Assembly (NCBI GenBank): GCA_036012755.1
Contig: DASCPX010000016.1
Span: 160,001-224,000, forward strand
Source: Myxococcota bacterium
GTDB lineage: Bacteria; Myxococcota_A; UBA796; CAJQPC01
Reading direction: 5' to 3'
Length of the DNA stretch: 64,000 bases
In this document: piece by piece, positions 18,698-27,869 of the stretch
How the letters are laid out: each line of letters opens with the position of its first letter
Numbering within the stretch: position 1 is the first letter of the stretch
Program-made: the position numbers and the translations under genes
The notes under the pieces: model-generated
The model's database searches: none
What the model saw: the letters and a program-made list of their open reading frames with translations, nothing else
What the model was told of the DNA's origin: nothing

Positions 18698-20599
18698 GTG
18701 CTGTTGATCCTGCTCAGTTGCCTGACGGCGCCGGCTTCCTACCGGGCCCTCGTCCGCGACGTCATCGACGCCGACGGGGATGGCTTCTACGACGAGGAAC
18801 AGTGGGCTGGAGACGAGCACCTCGACGACCTCGACCTGCTCCCAGGGGATTGCAACGACGACGACCCGTTGGTGAACCCGGACGCGGAGGAGATCTGCGA
18901 CGGCGTCGACAACGACTGCGATGGTGGGACCGACGAGGACCTCGAGGAGCTCGTCGGCTGGTACATCGACGATGACCGGGACGGCTTTGGCGACCCCGAC
19001 CAGCCCCTCGGGGCCTGCCCCTTCCCGGACAACGCGGTGGAGGACGACACGGACTGCGACGACGCCGACGCCGGTGTCTTCCCCGGCGCCGCAGAGGCCT
19101 GCAACGGCGTCGACGACGACTGCGACGGCGAGCCCGACGATGGCGCGATGATCACCTGGTACGAAGACCCGGACGCCGACGGCTACGGCTCCGGGACGGC
19201 GACGGAGACCTGCGACCCCGGCGAGGGCTACGCCCAGGAGCCCGGCGACTGCGACGAGTCGGACCCCGACATCAACCCTGGCGAGACCGAGGTCTGCAAC
19301 GACGGCATCGACAACGACTGCGACGAGACCACCGACTGCCGCTGGTCTGGGGTGGTGTCCGCCGAGACCCTCGACATTGTCTACGGGGAGGTCGACGGGG
19401 ACTCATTCGGCGCCCGTCTGGCATTGGGTGACATCGACGGCGCAGCCGCCAACGACCTGCTGGTGAGTGCAGCTGACGCGTGGGTAGAGGGCGAGGAGCC
19501 AGGTAAGGTCTATCTCTTCAAGGATGGCTTGGCGGCCACCGCCACGGACGCCCACAGCATCTTCATCGGCCCCGAAGACCAAAGCGGATTCGGAGTTGGC
19601 GTCGACCTCTTCGATCTTGACGGAGACTCTCGCGATGAGGTGATCGTGGGTGGAGACCGCGCTGGCGGAACTGTTCACGTGTTCACGCGGCCGTGGAACG
19701 AGCTGAGCGAGGCCTCGACTGCGACGACGGTGTTCACGCCGTCGGGCAGCTCGGGGCGGTTCGGACACGCCGTAGCTGGCTTCGTCGACATCGACGGAGC
19801 CGGGACACCTGGAATTGGTGTGGGCGCCATCTCCGCGTCCACCACGGGCGGGATCTATGCTGTCCCGTATCAGGGCAGCGGCGAGTTCGACCCCGTGAGC
19901 ACGGGCACGCTCGTCCTGGGAGAGGGCGACGGCGACGAGCTCGGTGAGGTGGTCACCCGGGGAGATCTCGACGGCGACGGAGTTCCCGAGTTGTTGGCTT
20001 CAGCTCCCGGCTCTGATCGGGTCTCGGACGAAGGGGGAGCGGCCTACGTGTTCGAGCTTCCGCTGTCCTCGACCGACATCGGCGATGCACGGTCCGTCAT
20101 CGGAGGCGCCATCGAGAACGGCCGCCTCGAGGGCATCAACATCTCCGACCTGGACGACGACGGCGTAGACGACCTCTTCCTCGGCGCGCCGGCTACAGGC
20201 TGGGATCCGGCAGGGACCTTGTATGTCTTCACCGATCTGGAGTCAGGGGCTGTTTCGACGGCGACCGCGGACTTGAGGGTCGACGGAGAGACCGCCTACG
20301 GCGGTTTCGGCTATCGGGGCCTCGTGCTCGACCTCGACAACACGGGCGGGCCGGATCTGGCTGTCGCTGCCTCTTTGGAGGGGGCTGTCTACCTGTTCTA
20401 TGACGCAGCCGCGTCGGGCGTGCTCACCGCAAGCGATGCAGACGGCCATGTCGAGCTCACCTCGACGCAGAAGCTCCCGCTCGTCGCGACGCAGGCCTGG
20501 TCCCCCGACGGACAGACGCTGGTGTTTGGATGCAAGACCTGCGTGCTCGATTCCGCCAAGACCGGGGCTTTCCTCTGGCTGGATGCGTCAGGCCCGTGA
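18698..20599 (+). CDS. Lipoprotein with MopE-related/putative metal-binding Cys repeats and FG-GAP (integrin-alpha-like) propeller
   Basis: MLLILLSC; repeated DCND..PDAEEICDGVDNDCDG; FG...GDIDG..DLLVSA, GDLDGDGVPELLASAP. Confidence 0.85.
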   Translation: MLLILLSCLTAPASYRALVRDVIDADGDGFYDEEQWAGDEHLDDLDLLPGDCNDDDPLVNPDAEEICDGVDNDCDGGTDEDLEELVGWYIDDDRDGFGDPDQPLGACPFPDNAVEDDTDCDDADAGVFPGAAEACNGVDDDCDGEPDDGAMITWYEDPDADGYGSGTATETCDPGEGYAQEPGDCDESDPDINPGETEVCNDGIDNDCDETTDCRWSGVVSAETLDIVYGEVDGDSFGARLALGDIDGAAANDLLVSAADAWVEGEEPGKVYLFKDGLAATATDAHSIFIGPEDQSGFGVGVDLFDLDGDSRDEVIVGGDRAGGTVHVFTRPWNELSEASTATTVFTPSGSSGRFGHAVAGFVDIDGAGTPGIGVGAISASTTGGIYAVPYQGSGEFDPVSTGTLVLGEGDGDELGEVVTRGDLDGDGVPELLASAPGSDRVSDEGGAAYVFELPLSSTDIGDARSVIGGAIENGRLEGINISDLDDDGVDDLFLGAPATGWDPAGTLYVFTDLESGAVSTATADLRVDGETAYGGFGYRGLVLDLDNTGGPDLAVAASLEGAVYLFYDAAASGVLTASDADGHVELTSTQKLPLVATQAWSPDGQTLVFGCKTCVLDSAKTGAFLWLDASGP

Positions 20600-21177
20600 G
20601 GCTACTGGCGCTGGCCTGCCACCCGACGTCCGACGCTGAGCTCATCGCAGAGTCCATCGCAGAGCTCACGGCAGGCCGTCCGAAAGCCGCCGCGGCCATC
20701 TGCCTTCAGGTTTCGCAAACCCAGGCAGCGGCAGAGTGCGCGTGGAGCGTGGCCGCTGTCGTTGCCGAGAGCGATCCGGCAGCAGCCACAGCAATCTGCC
20801 GGACTCTCTCCGGGGCACACGCCGACGAGTGCGCATTCGTAGTGGCAGAGGCATCGCAAGACCCTGAGCTCTGCTCGGGCACCGGTGGACTCGAGGTGAA
20901 GTGCCAGCTCCACTTCTACAGGGACGGGCTGAGCGCATGGGTGCCTCCGGACGCCCGCGTCGGCCAGGTTGATGGGCTTGCGCAGGAACACATGACTGCG
21001 TTGGGGCTAGCGGTGGAGACCGAGGCCGCCTGGTTCAGGACCTACCGGTACGTCCTCGCCCACACGGCAGAAGACACCACCACCGAAGAATGTCAGACGC
21101 TTGGACCGATTCGCGCAAGGGCGTGTGAGCGAGCTCTGGAGATGGACCAGGCGCGCCCTGGCACGCACCGCCCCTAG
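20596..21177 (+). CDS. Cys-rich helical lipoprotein
   Basis: GTG start overlaps the upstream TGA (GTGA); MRLLALAC; repeated C-x8-10-C pattern. Confidence 0.65.
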   Translation: MRLLALACHPTSDAELIAESIAELTAGRPKAAAAICLQVSQTQAAAECAWSVAAVVAESDPAAATAICRTLSGAHADECAFVVAEASQDPELCSGTGGLEVKCQLHFYRDGLSAWVPPDARVGQVDGLAQEHMTALGLAVETEAAWFRTYRYVLAHTAEDTTTEECQTLGPIRARACERALEMDQARPGTHRP

Positions 21178-21473
21178 CCGCAGCTCTCGTACCACTCCGG
21201 GTCTTCGGGCTCCGGGAAGGGCTCGTCGGGGTCGATGCAGTTCTCTGTGTAGTCCTTCACCCACTCCTTGACCTCGGCGCGCGGCACCGGGCTCGGGTTC
21301 TCGGCGCAGGCCGCGTAGGGGCCCTCTTCGTAGAGCGCCATCCAGTCGTCCTGGCAGTCGCGCCAGGGTTGCTCCTGCTCGCACTTGCAGTGCGCCTTCG
21401 TGAGATCCGACCAGTAGTCGTCGACCGTGTAGGCGCAGGCCAGGAGGAGGAAGAGCACGGCGCCCACTAACAC
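21174..21473 (-). CDS. Small Cys-rich lipoprotein
   Basis: LFLLLAC lipobox-like; paired cysteines; start may be the later GTG. Confidence 0.65.
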   Translation of the reverse strand: MLVGAVLFLLLACAYTVDDYWSDLTKAHCKCEQEQPWRDCQDDWMALYEEGPYAACAENPSPVPRAEVKEWVKDYTENCIDPDEPFPEPEDPEWYESCG

Positions 21474-21536
21474 CTCGGAGCGCCTCGTCTATCGGGCATC
21501 ACCGCGAGCGCGGAGACCCCTGCCCTGTTCGAGCCC

Positions 21537-22094
21537 TCAGGTCTGGGACAGCGCCTGCAGGGCGAAGGCCGTCTCGCTCGGTGCCAGCTCACCCCTGGCG
21601 CTCAGGGCCGCGATCTCGAGCCGCCTCAGGAAGGGATGGTCCGGCATCTGCTCCAGCGCTGGTCTCAGCACGGCGAGCGAGGCAGCGGGCCGGTCGTCGC
21701 GCAGCAACCTCACGGCGGCCTCGCGGGTGGTGTCCGCTTGGACCCGATCCCAGACGGAGGGGACCGCCGCCTCCCGCACGATCCTCAGCCACTCGGCCAG
21801 GCGCTGCGGGTCATAGAGGCAGTCCAAGGCCTCCTCGACGACCTTCTGGGCTTCTGTCGACCAGGAGGTCCTGGTACGGAGGGCCTCGAGCAGTCGACGC
21901 TGGAGCACATGGGGGCGCCACAGCGCGTGTGGATCCGCCGCCACTTCGGGCAGGAGCGCCAGCGGAGAGAACAGCAGCAAGGCCTCGCGGCGTCGATCCG
22001 GAGAGAAGAGCTCCAGCATGTTCACGTCATTCATGGCGCGGCAGGCAGTGGACCTCTCACGGGTCCGAACGAGAAGACGAGCGAATGCGGTCAT
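21537..22094 (-). CDS. Hypothetical protein coupled to the RAYT-like gene (TPR-like C-terminus)
   Basis: ATGA overlap with the stop at 22091; helical; start may be later (MNDVNM). Confidence 0.5.
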   Translation of the reverse strand: MTAFARLLVRTRERSTACRAMNDVNMLELFSPDRRREALLLFSPLALLPEVAADPHALWRPHVLQRRLLEALRTRTSWSTEAQKVVEEALDCLYDPQRLAEWLRIVREAAVPSVWDRVQADTTREAAVRLLRDDRPAASLAVLRPALEQMPDHPFLRRLEIAALSARGELAPSETAFALQALSQT

Positions 22095-22843
22095 GACCTG
22101 TCCTCCAGGGCGAGACGAAGTCGGGCGGCGATCAGATCGCGGGGATCGGGTCGATGTCGGCGAAGTCGAGAGAGCGCCGACCGAGAGCGCCGAAGACCAC
22201 GGCGGACTTCGGCAGAGCTGAGCCCAGCTTCGAGCGCCAACGCCAGCGCGACCGACACGGCCCGCAAGACCGGAGCGCTGCGACCGGGCAGCTCCGGCGC
22301 GACACAACAGGCGGCGGCAGAGGCCCGAGTCAGGCGCTCGATGCCATCGCTGGCGGCAGCCTCTCGAGGCTCCAGCGGACGGGGCTTCAGCCCGACCAGC
22401 GGGAAGACCTCGCGCATCCGCAGCCGAGGTAGCTCCTCGAAGATGGCGAGACGATCGAGCCCCGGCAGGCGGCGAGCTCCGACGAGATCCTGGAAGCTGG
22501 AGCCGCTCCACGTGGCGTCCGGCCCCAGCCCCTTCTCCCCAGACTGCTGGTAGACGTAGCGCACCAGGAAGCGGAGGTAGGAGCGGGAGTCGACGAGCTC
22601 GGGATGGGCTCGCTTGAGCCTGAGCTCAGGTCTCAGGCCCCCCAGCCCAAGGCCCACGGATCGGCCGAGACGACCAGGTTGTCGCGCCCTGACCACGAGG
22701 TGGAGGTGGTCGTCGACGACGTTGAAGAGGAGGAGGCTGTCCCCGGCAAGCCGAGCCAGCATTCGCACGACGGCGCGGCGCTCGGACTCGGTGCGGGCGA
22801 GGGCCTTTCGACCCCGGACGGCGATGGTGAGGTGGACGATCAT
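22091..22843 (-). CDS. REP-associated tyrosine transposase-like (Y1 HUH nuclease) with C-terminal HTH
   Basis: N-terminal HLTIA; HUH motif VVDDHLHLVV; catalytic-Tyr-like RYVYQQ; WSGSSF; HTH GLSSAEVRRGLRRSRSALSRL. Confidence 0.72.
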   Translation of the reverse strand: MIVHLTIAVRGRKALARTESERRAVVRMLARLAGDSLLLFNVVDDHLHLVVRARQPGRLGRSVGLGLGGLRPELRLKRAHPELVDSRSYLRFLVRYVYQQSGEKGLGPDATWSGSSFQDLVGARRLPGLDRLAIFEELPRLRMREVFPLVGLKPRPLEPREAAASDGIERLTRASAAACCVAPELPGRSAPVLRAVSVALALALEAGLSSAEVRRGLRRSRSALSRLRRHRPDPRDLIAARLRLALEDRS

Positions 22844-23016
22844 GGCCGCCCACAACGCAAGTCCTGCGCCACACGGGATCCCGCATACTTGTAGCGTCGG
22901 CGGTGGCGATTCCGGCGGAACGCGGTCACCCAGCCGGCGACACCTCGCCAGGCACTGTCACGCTTCTGCCTCGGTTCTCGAGAACCCCCGGCGATGTGCA
23001 ACATCTCGTCCGCTTC

Positions 23017-23082
23017 TGTGAGGCCCCGGCGGTCAGGGTCGGCGAACGCCTCGTGTGAGGCCCCGGCGGTCAGGGTCGGCGA
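23017..23082. repeat. 29-bp direct repeat x2 upstream of the RAYT-like gene
   Basis: TGTGAGGCCCCGGCGGTCAGGGTCGGCGA at 23017-23045 and 23054-23082, bracketed by the inverted repeat AGGCACTGTCA (22950-22960) / TGACAGTGCCT (23100-23110). Confidence 0.85.
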
Positions 23083-23232
23083 GCGCCCTGCCTCGTGCCT
23101 GACAGTGCCTCGTCCCGGCACGGAGAGGGCCCGGGCGAGGATCTCGTCGCCTCGCACGCAGGCCGCACCGCTCCTACCGGGCCGGCGATGTGCGTGACCT
23201 CGACCCAGGTCCACCAGAGACCCGGCCGCTGC

Positions 23233-25254
23233 TCAGAGTTCCCCCGAGAGCTCCAAGGCGTACTGTTCCAGGGCCCGAAGCTGGTCGCGCACGCTGGCGG
23301 CGGCTTCGTACTCCAGCTTCTGGGCGTGGGCCTTCATCTCCGCGCGGAGGGACCTGAGCTTCTTGGGGATGTCCTCCAGTTCGAGATCCTCGAAGCCCTC
23401 TGGGGCGGCTTCCGCCTGCTCCTTTCGGTCCTTCGGGATCTCCACCGTGTCCGAGAGCAGCTGGGCCAGTGGGCTCTCGATCGCGCGCTTGATGGTCGCT
23501 GGTGTGATGCCGTGCTCCGCGTTCCACTCCTCCTGGATGGCGCGCCGGCGGTCGGTCTCGTCGATGGCGAGCTTCATCGCGTCGGTGATCTTGTCCCCGT
23601 AGAGGATGCAGCGTCCTTCGACGTTTCGAGCTGCTCGGCCGATGGTCTGGATCAAGCTGCGCCCGCTGCGCAGGAAGCCCTCGCGGTCGGCGTCGAGGAT
23701 GGCGACCAGCGCCACCTCTGGCAGATCCAGGCCCTCCCGGAGCAGGTTGATGCCGACGAGCACGTCGAACTCACCAGCCCGCAGGTCTCGCAGGATGTCC
23801 ATGCGCTCGAGCGTGTCGACGTCGCTGTGGAGGTAGCGGATCCGGACTCCGAGCTCCCGGTAGTAGTCGGTCAGCTCCTGGGCCATGCGCTTGGTCAAGG
23901 TCGTCACGAGCACGCGATGACCCCCCGCGACGACCTCGCGGATCTCGTCGAGGAGGTCGTCGACCTCGCCCTTGGCAGGGCGCACCTCGACCTCCGGGTC
24001 GAGCAGGCCGGTGGGTCGGATGACCTGCTCGGTCACCAGGCCCCCGGTCTTGTCCAGCTCGTAGGGGCCCGGGGTGGCCGAGACATAGATGACCTGGTTG
24101 ACGCGTTGTTCGAGCTCGTCGAAGCGCAGCGGCCGGTTGTCCAGCGCCGATGGCAGGCGGAAGCCGTGGCGGACCAGGGTCTCCTTTCGGGCCCGGTCGC
24201 CTCGGTACATGCCCCCCACCTGGGGAACGGCCACGTGGGACTCGTCGACGACGAGCAGCCAGTCATCTGGGAAGTACTCGATCAGGTTCGGCGGTGGCTC
24301 GCCCGAAGGCAGCCCGGTCAGGTGCCGGCTGTAGTTCTCTATGCCCGAGCAGTAGCCGAGCTCCTCGATCATCTCGAGGTCGAAGAGGGTGCGCTGCTCC
24401 AACCGCTGGGCCTCGAGCAGCTTGTCCTCGACCCGCAGCGTGCCGAGCCGCTCCAGGAGCTCCTCGCGGATGGTCCCCACGGCCTGCTCCACTCGCGACC
24501 GCGGCGTGACGTAGTGACTCGCCGGGAAGATGGTCGTGTACTGCATGGTCTCGGTCCGCACGCCCCGCAGCGGATCCGTCGCCGAGATGGCCTCGACCTC
24601 GTCCCCCCAGAGCTCCACGCGGATCGCCGCGTCCTGCGCATCTGCTGGGAAGATCTCGATGACGTCCCCCCGCGCCCGGAAGGTGCCCCTGCGGAAGTCC
24701 ATCTCGTTCCGCGAGTACTGGATCTCCACCAGCTTGCGGAGGATGGCGTCCCGGTCGATCTGCTGGCCGACCTCGAGGCGCAGCATCATGCCGTCGTAGG
24801 CCTCTGGCGAGCCGAGGCCGTAGATGCAGCTCACCGACGCCACGATGACCACGTCCCGTCGGGTCAACAGGGCCTTCGTCGCCCGGTGACGGAGCTTGTC
24901 GATCTGGTCGTTGATCAGGCTGTCCTTCTCGATGTACGTGTCGCTCGAGGGGACGTAGGCCTCTGGCTGGTAGTAGTCGAAGTAGCTGACGAAGTACTCG
25001 ACGGCGTTGTCGGGAAAGAGCCTCTTGAACTCGCCGTAGAGCTGGGCCGCGAGGGTCTTGTTGTGGGCGAGGACCAGGGTCGGGCGCTTCACACGGTCGA
25101 TGACGTTCGCGATCGTCAGGGTCTTGCCCGAGCCGGTGATGCCCAAGAGCACCTGGTGCTGCCTCGGCTCGTTCAAGCCCTCGACGAGCTCCTCGATGGC
25201 TCGGGGCTGGTCCCCGGCGGGAGCGAAAGGCGACTGGAGGCGCAGCTCGGGCAT
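23233..25254 (-). CDS. uvrB: Excinuclease ABC subunit B
   Basis: [59 protein letters not shown]-terminal UVR. Confidence 0.98.
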   Translation of the reverse strand: MPELRLQSPFAPAGDQPRAIEELVEGLNEPRQHQVLLGITGSGKTLTIANVIDRVKRPTLVLAHNKTLAAQLYGEFKRLFPDNAVEYFVSYFDYYQPEAYVPSSDTYIEKDSLINDQIDKLRHRATKALLTRRDVVIVASVSCIYGLGSPEAYDGMMLRLEVGQQIDRDAILRKLVEIQYSRNEMDFRRGTFRARGDVIEIFPADAQDAAIRVELWGDEVEAISATDPLRGVRTETMQYTTIFPASHYVTPRSRVEQAVGTIREELLERLGTLRVEDKLLEAQRLEQRTLFDLEMIEELGYCSGIENYSRHLTGLPSGEPPPNLIEYFPDDWLLVVDESHVAVPQVGGMYRGDRARKETLVRHGFRLPSALDNRPLRFDELEQRVNQVIYVSATPGPYELDKTGGLVTEQVIRPTGLLDPEVEVRPAKGEVDDLLDEIREVVAGGHRVLVTTLTKRMAQELTDYYRELGVRIRYLHSDVDTLERMDILRDLRAGEFDVLVGINLLREGLDLPEVALVAILDADREGFLRSGRSLIQTIGRAARNVEGRCILYGDKITDAMKLAIDETDRRRAIQEEWNAEHGITPATIKRAIESPLAQLLSDTVEIPKDRKEQAEAAPEGFEDLELEDIPKKLRSLRAEMKAHAQKLEYEAAASVRDQLRALEQYALELSGEL

Positions 25255-25295
25255 GGTGTCGGTCTATCCCACCGAGCGACCAGGAACTGACCGGG

Positions 25296-25919
25296 TCAGT
25301 AGACGCTGTTGGGGGTGACCATCACGGTGTTGATGGACTTCGTCGCCGTGTAGATCGCGGGGTTGCCGTCTCCGTCGACGTCGATCATGCCGGTGACGAT
25401 GAAGTCACAGCAGCCGAGCGTGTCGACCTGGTAGGTGCCTCGAACCTCGCCGTCCGGCGCCCAACCGAGCTTGTCGAAGCCCTGGGAGCCGGTCCAGCGG
25501 ACGGCGTTCTTCCCCAGCACGTGAGACGGTCGCGGAGCCGGCCGCGCCGGGATGAACTCGTCGAAGGCAGCGTCGTAGGTCATCTCCGCATTCTTGATGC
25601 CGTCCACGTTGGCGGGGACCTCCGCGCGTTTGGCCCGGTACTGCATGGCGACGAAGTTCGGGATGGCGATCGCTGCCAGGATCCCGATCACCGGCAGGCC
25701 CATGCACAGCACGATGACGATGACGATCCCGATCCCGATCGTGGCGCCAGCGCCTCCACCGTCGGACTTCTTCGCCTCGGAAGCGGGCGGCGGTTTTGCT
25801 GTCGGCTTGGACAGCAAGGGCTGAGAAGCCGAGGTCGGCATCGGACCCCCGCAGCCCGGACAGGTGGGGGCTCGGTCGCTGACTTCGCGGCCACAGTCGT
25901 TACAGCGGGTCAATCCCAT
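25296..25919 (-). CDS. Zinc-ribbon fused type IV pilin-like protein
   Basis: Start MGLTRCNDCG behind GGAGG; CxxC...CPGC; IGILAAIAIPNF..Q.RAKRAEV pilin helix; lacks the G|FTLIE prepilin site. Confidence 0.8.
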   Translation of the reverse strand: MGLTRCNDCGREVSDRAPTCPGCGGPMPTSASQPLLSKPTAKPPPASEAKKSDGGGAGATIGIGIVIVIVLCMGLPVIGILAAIAIPNFVAMQYRAKRAEVPANVDGIKNAEMTYDAAFDEFIPARPAPRPSHVLGKNAVRWTGSQGFDKLGWAPDGEVRGTYQVDTLGCCDFIVTGMIDVDGDGNPAIYTATKSINTVMVTPNSVY

Positions 25920-25954
25920 CGCTCCCTCCGGAAGGCACCAGGATAGTCCAAAGC

Positions 25955-26505
25955 TCAGTAGGCGCTGGTCGGTGTCAACATCCGCGCGCTGTCCTCGCGC
26001 GTGGCGACGTAGTGCGCTGGCTCGCCGTCGGCGTCGATGTCGATCATGCCGTGGACCTCGAAGTCGTCTCCGAGATCGACCACCCAGCAGGCACCCCGGA
26101 CCTGGCCATCCGGCGACCACCCGAGCTGCTCGAAGCCCCCCCATCCGGCCAGGGCACGGCCGCCCCGTCCAGCGCCGTCACGGGCCGCGGCGTCGGGTCC
26201 GGGATTCCCAGGTAGCTGTCGAAGGCGGCGGCGTAGGCCAACTCCGCGGCTCGGATGCCGTCGACGTTGGAAGGCACCTCTGCGCGCTTGGCGCGCCAGC
26301 CCATCTGGAGCATGCTCGGGATGGCGATGGCCGCCAGGAGGCCCACAACCACGATGAGCAGGACGCCCGCCCCGAGGACCCCGGCGACGATCCCCCCGAT
26401 CGAGGAGGGCCGCTCTGTCGACGACATCGAGCCACCACAGTGGGGACAGCTGGTCCTGCGCTCGCTGACGTCGCCGCCGCAGTCCCTGCAGATCACTACG
26501 CCTAT
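25955..26505 (-). pseudogene. Tandem paralogue of the zinc-ribbon pilin-like gene, frameshifted at a G7 tract, with ATA in place of the start
   Basis: The N-half is in ORF 26044..26583 and the C-half in ORF 25955..26602. The break is at C7 26136-26142. GGAGG-N5-ATA at 26505 aligns with the paralogue ATG. Confidence 0.8.
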
Positions 26506-26538
26506 CGCGGCCTCCAGCGTCCACGATAGACCTACGGT

Positions 26539-27105
26539 GTGCTGCTCCTCTTCCTTGCATGCCAGCCAAGCGCCGATCCTCACTGGGTCGCGATGCAGAC
26601 ATGCCTAGCCATGCCGGGTCTGTACATGGACGGAGCCTCTCAGGCGCTGGCCAGCCGGGCCGTGGCGCAGGAGGAGCTCGAGATCTGGCGCGGTGACGCC
26701 AGCTACGGCGTCGAGGGCTACGGGCCGGTCTACGAAGAGCTCGGGCTCGAGGGCGTCGCCGTCATCCGCAGCAACTCCCTCTGCTCGGTCGACGAGGTCA
26801 GCGACTCCACCGCTACGGTCACGCGAAAGGAGCCCGACATCGAGGCGATGGACCCCTGGAAGATCAAGGAGGTCTGGAAGCTCGAGCTCGTGGCGCGAAC
26901 CCACACCTTCGACATCGGGCCCTCTGATGAGGGCTACCGCGCCTTCCTCGGCCTGAGATCGAAGCGTGGCCTCGCCCTGTCCTCGGAGCTGCTGGTGGCC
27001 CAGGGCCGCTTCGACGAGGCCGTCGAGGAGTACCGCGCGCTCCACGCCGAGTTCCCCGACCCGCGCATCCTCTGGCGCATCCGCCAGATCGAAGCGAAGC
27101 GGTAG
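26539..27105 (+). CDS. Hypothetical lipoprotein with C-terminal TPR-like motif
   Basis: MLLLFLAC; QGRFDEAVEEYRAL..EFP. Confidence 0.7.
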   Translation: MLLLFLACQPSADPHWVAMQTCLAMPGLYMDGASQALASRAVAQEELEIWRGDASYGVEGYGPVYEELGLEGVAVIRSNSLCSVDEVSDSTATVTRKEPDIEAMDPWKIKEVWKLELVARTHTFDIGPSDEGYRAFLGLRSKRGLALSSELLVAQGRFDEAVEEYRALHAEFPDPRILWRIRQIEAKR

Positions 27106-27822
27106 TCACTCCTCCAAGAGCGCGAACTCGTCGAAGTAGACCCCGCCGTTGCCATCGAAGCAGCCGGGGTCCTGGGCCTTGCACTGCCAGAAGATGAGCA
27201 CGGCCTGCAGGATCGCGCTGTCTGTCGGAGCCGTGCCCTTCGCGGTCAGCTCGTGCCAGGTGCCGGTCGCCGAGTCCTTCGTGATCGGGTCGCTCTCCGC
27301 TTCGCCGAGGAGCTCGCCGTAGCCCTCCGAGTAGAACTTCAGCTCGAGCTGGGCGTAGGTGTGCGTCGCGGTCAGGGGGTCGTCTTCGTGGTGCCAGCCA
27401 GTAGCCGACAGCGTGTAGACCGAGCCCGCGGTGGCAGTCGTCTCCTGGTAGATCGCCGTGTCGTTCTCCACGCCCTCGTCCAGCCACTCCCCGTAGAGCT
27501 TCAGCGACTGCGAGCCCTCCGGCGCCGCGAAGGTGTCGGTGCTGTTGAAGAGGGTGTCGCCGGTCGCGACGATCTCGTAGTTGTCCTGGTCCGCCGTGTA
27601 GATCAACCAGTCGGCGAAGCCATCCTCGAAGCCGGGGTTCGAGAGCAGGTTGAGATCCGTGTCGGCGTCGGCGTCGGCGTCCGTGTCGCTGTCCGTGTCG
27701 CTGTCCGTGTCGCTGTCGGCGTCGCTGTCCGAGTCCGAGTCCGTGTCCGCGTCTGTCTCCGAAACGAGCCCGGAATCGAGGGCGTTCAGGCCGGTGCAGG
27801 CCCACAACAGAGCGAGTGTCAT
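27106..27822 (-). CDS. Lipoprotein with DxD low-complexity linker and carbohydrate-binding (CBM_4_9-like) jelly-roll
   Basis: MTLALLWAC; DADTDSDSD linker; NLLSNPGFEDG...EGSQSLKL...YFDEFAL. Confidence 0.78.
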   Translation of the reverse strand: MTLALLWACTGLNALDSGLVSETDADTDSDSDSDADSDTDSDTDSDTDADADADTDLNLLSNPGFEDGFADWLIYTADQDNYEIVATGDTLFNSTDTFAAPEGSQSLKLYGEWLDEGVENDTAIYQETTATAGSVYTLSATGWHHEDDPLTATHTYAQLELKFYSEGYGELLGEAESDPITKDSATGTWHELTAKGTAPTDSAILQAVLIFWQCKAQDPGCFDGNGGVYFDEFALLEE

Positions 27823-27869
27823 TCGAGCCTCCTCTTCAGCCGGATATCCTCCGACCTCTCGGAGGCTAG

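Noticed and set aside
23017..23082. Possible mini CRISPR array
   Set aside because: Only two copies with an 8-bp gap, no spacer-length unique sequence and no cas genes.
23095..25290. 731-aa + strand ORF
   Set aside because: Antisense shadow of uvrB, typical of high-GC codon bias. The same applies to 5713..7227, 12128..14194, 1955..3433, 34039..35583, 49745..51394 and 59600..61564.
27655..27760. Simple-sequence repeat as a contingency locus
   Set aside because: It encodes an ordinary DADTDSD linker with degenerate 6-bp units and keeps the frame.
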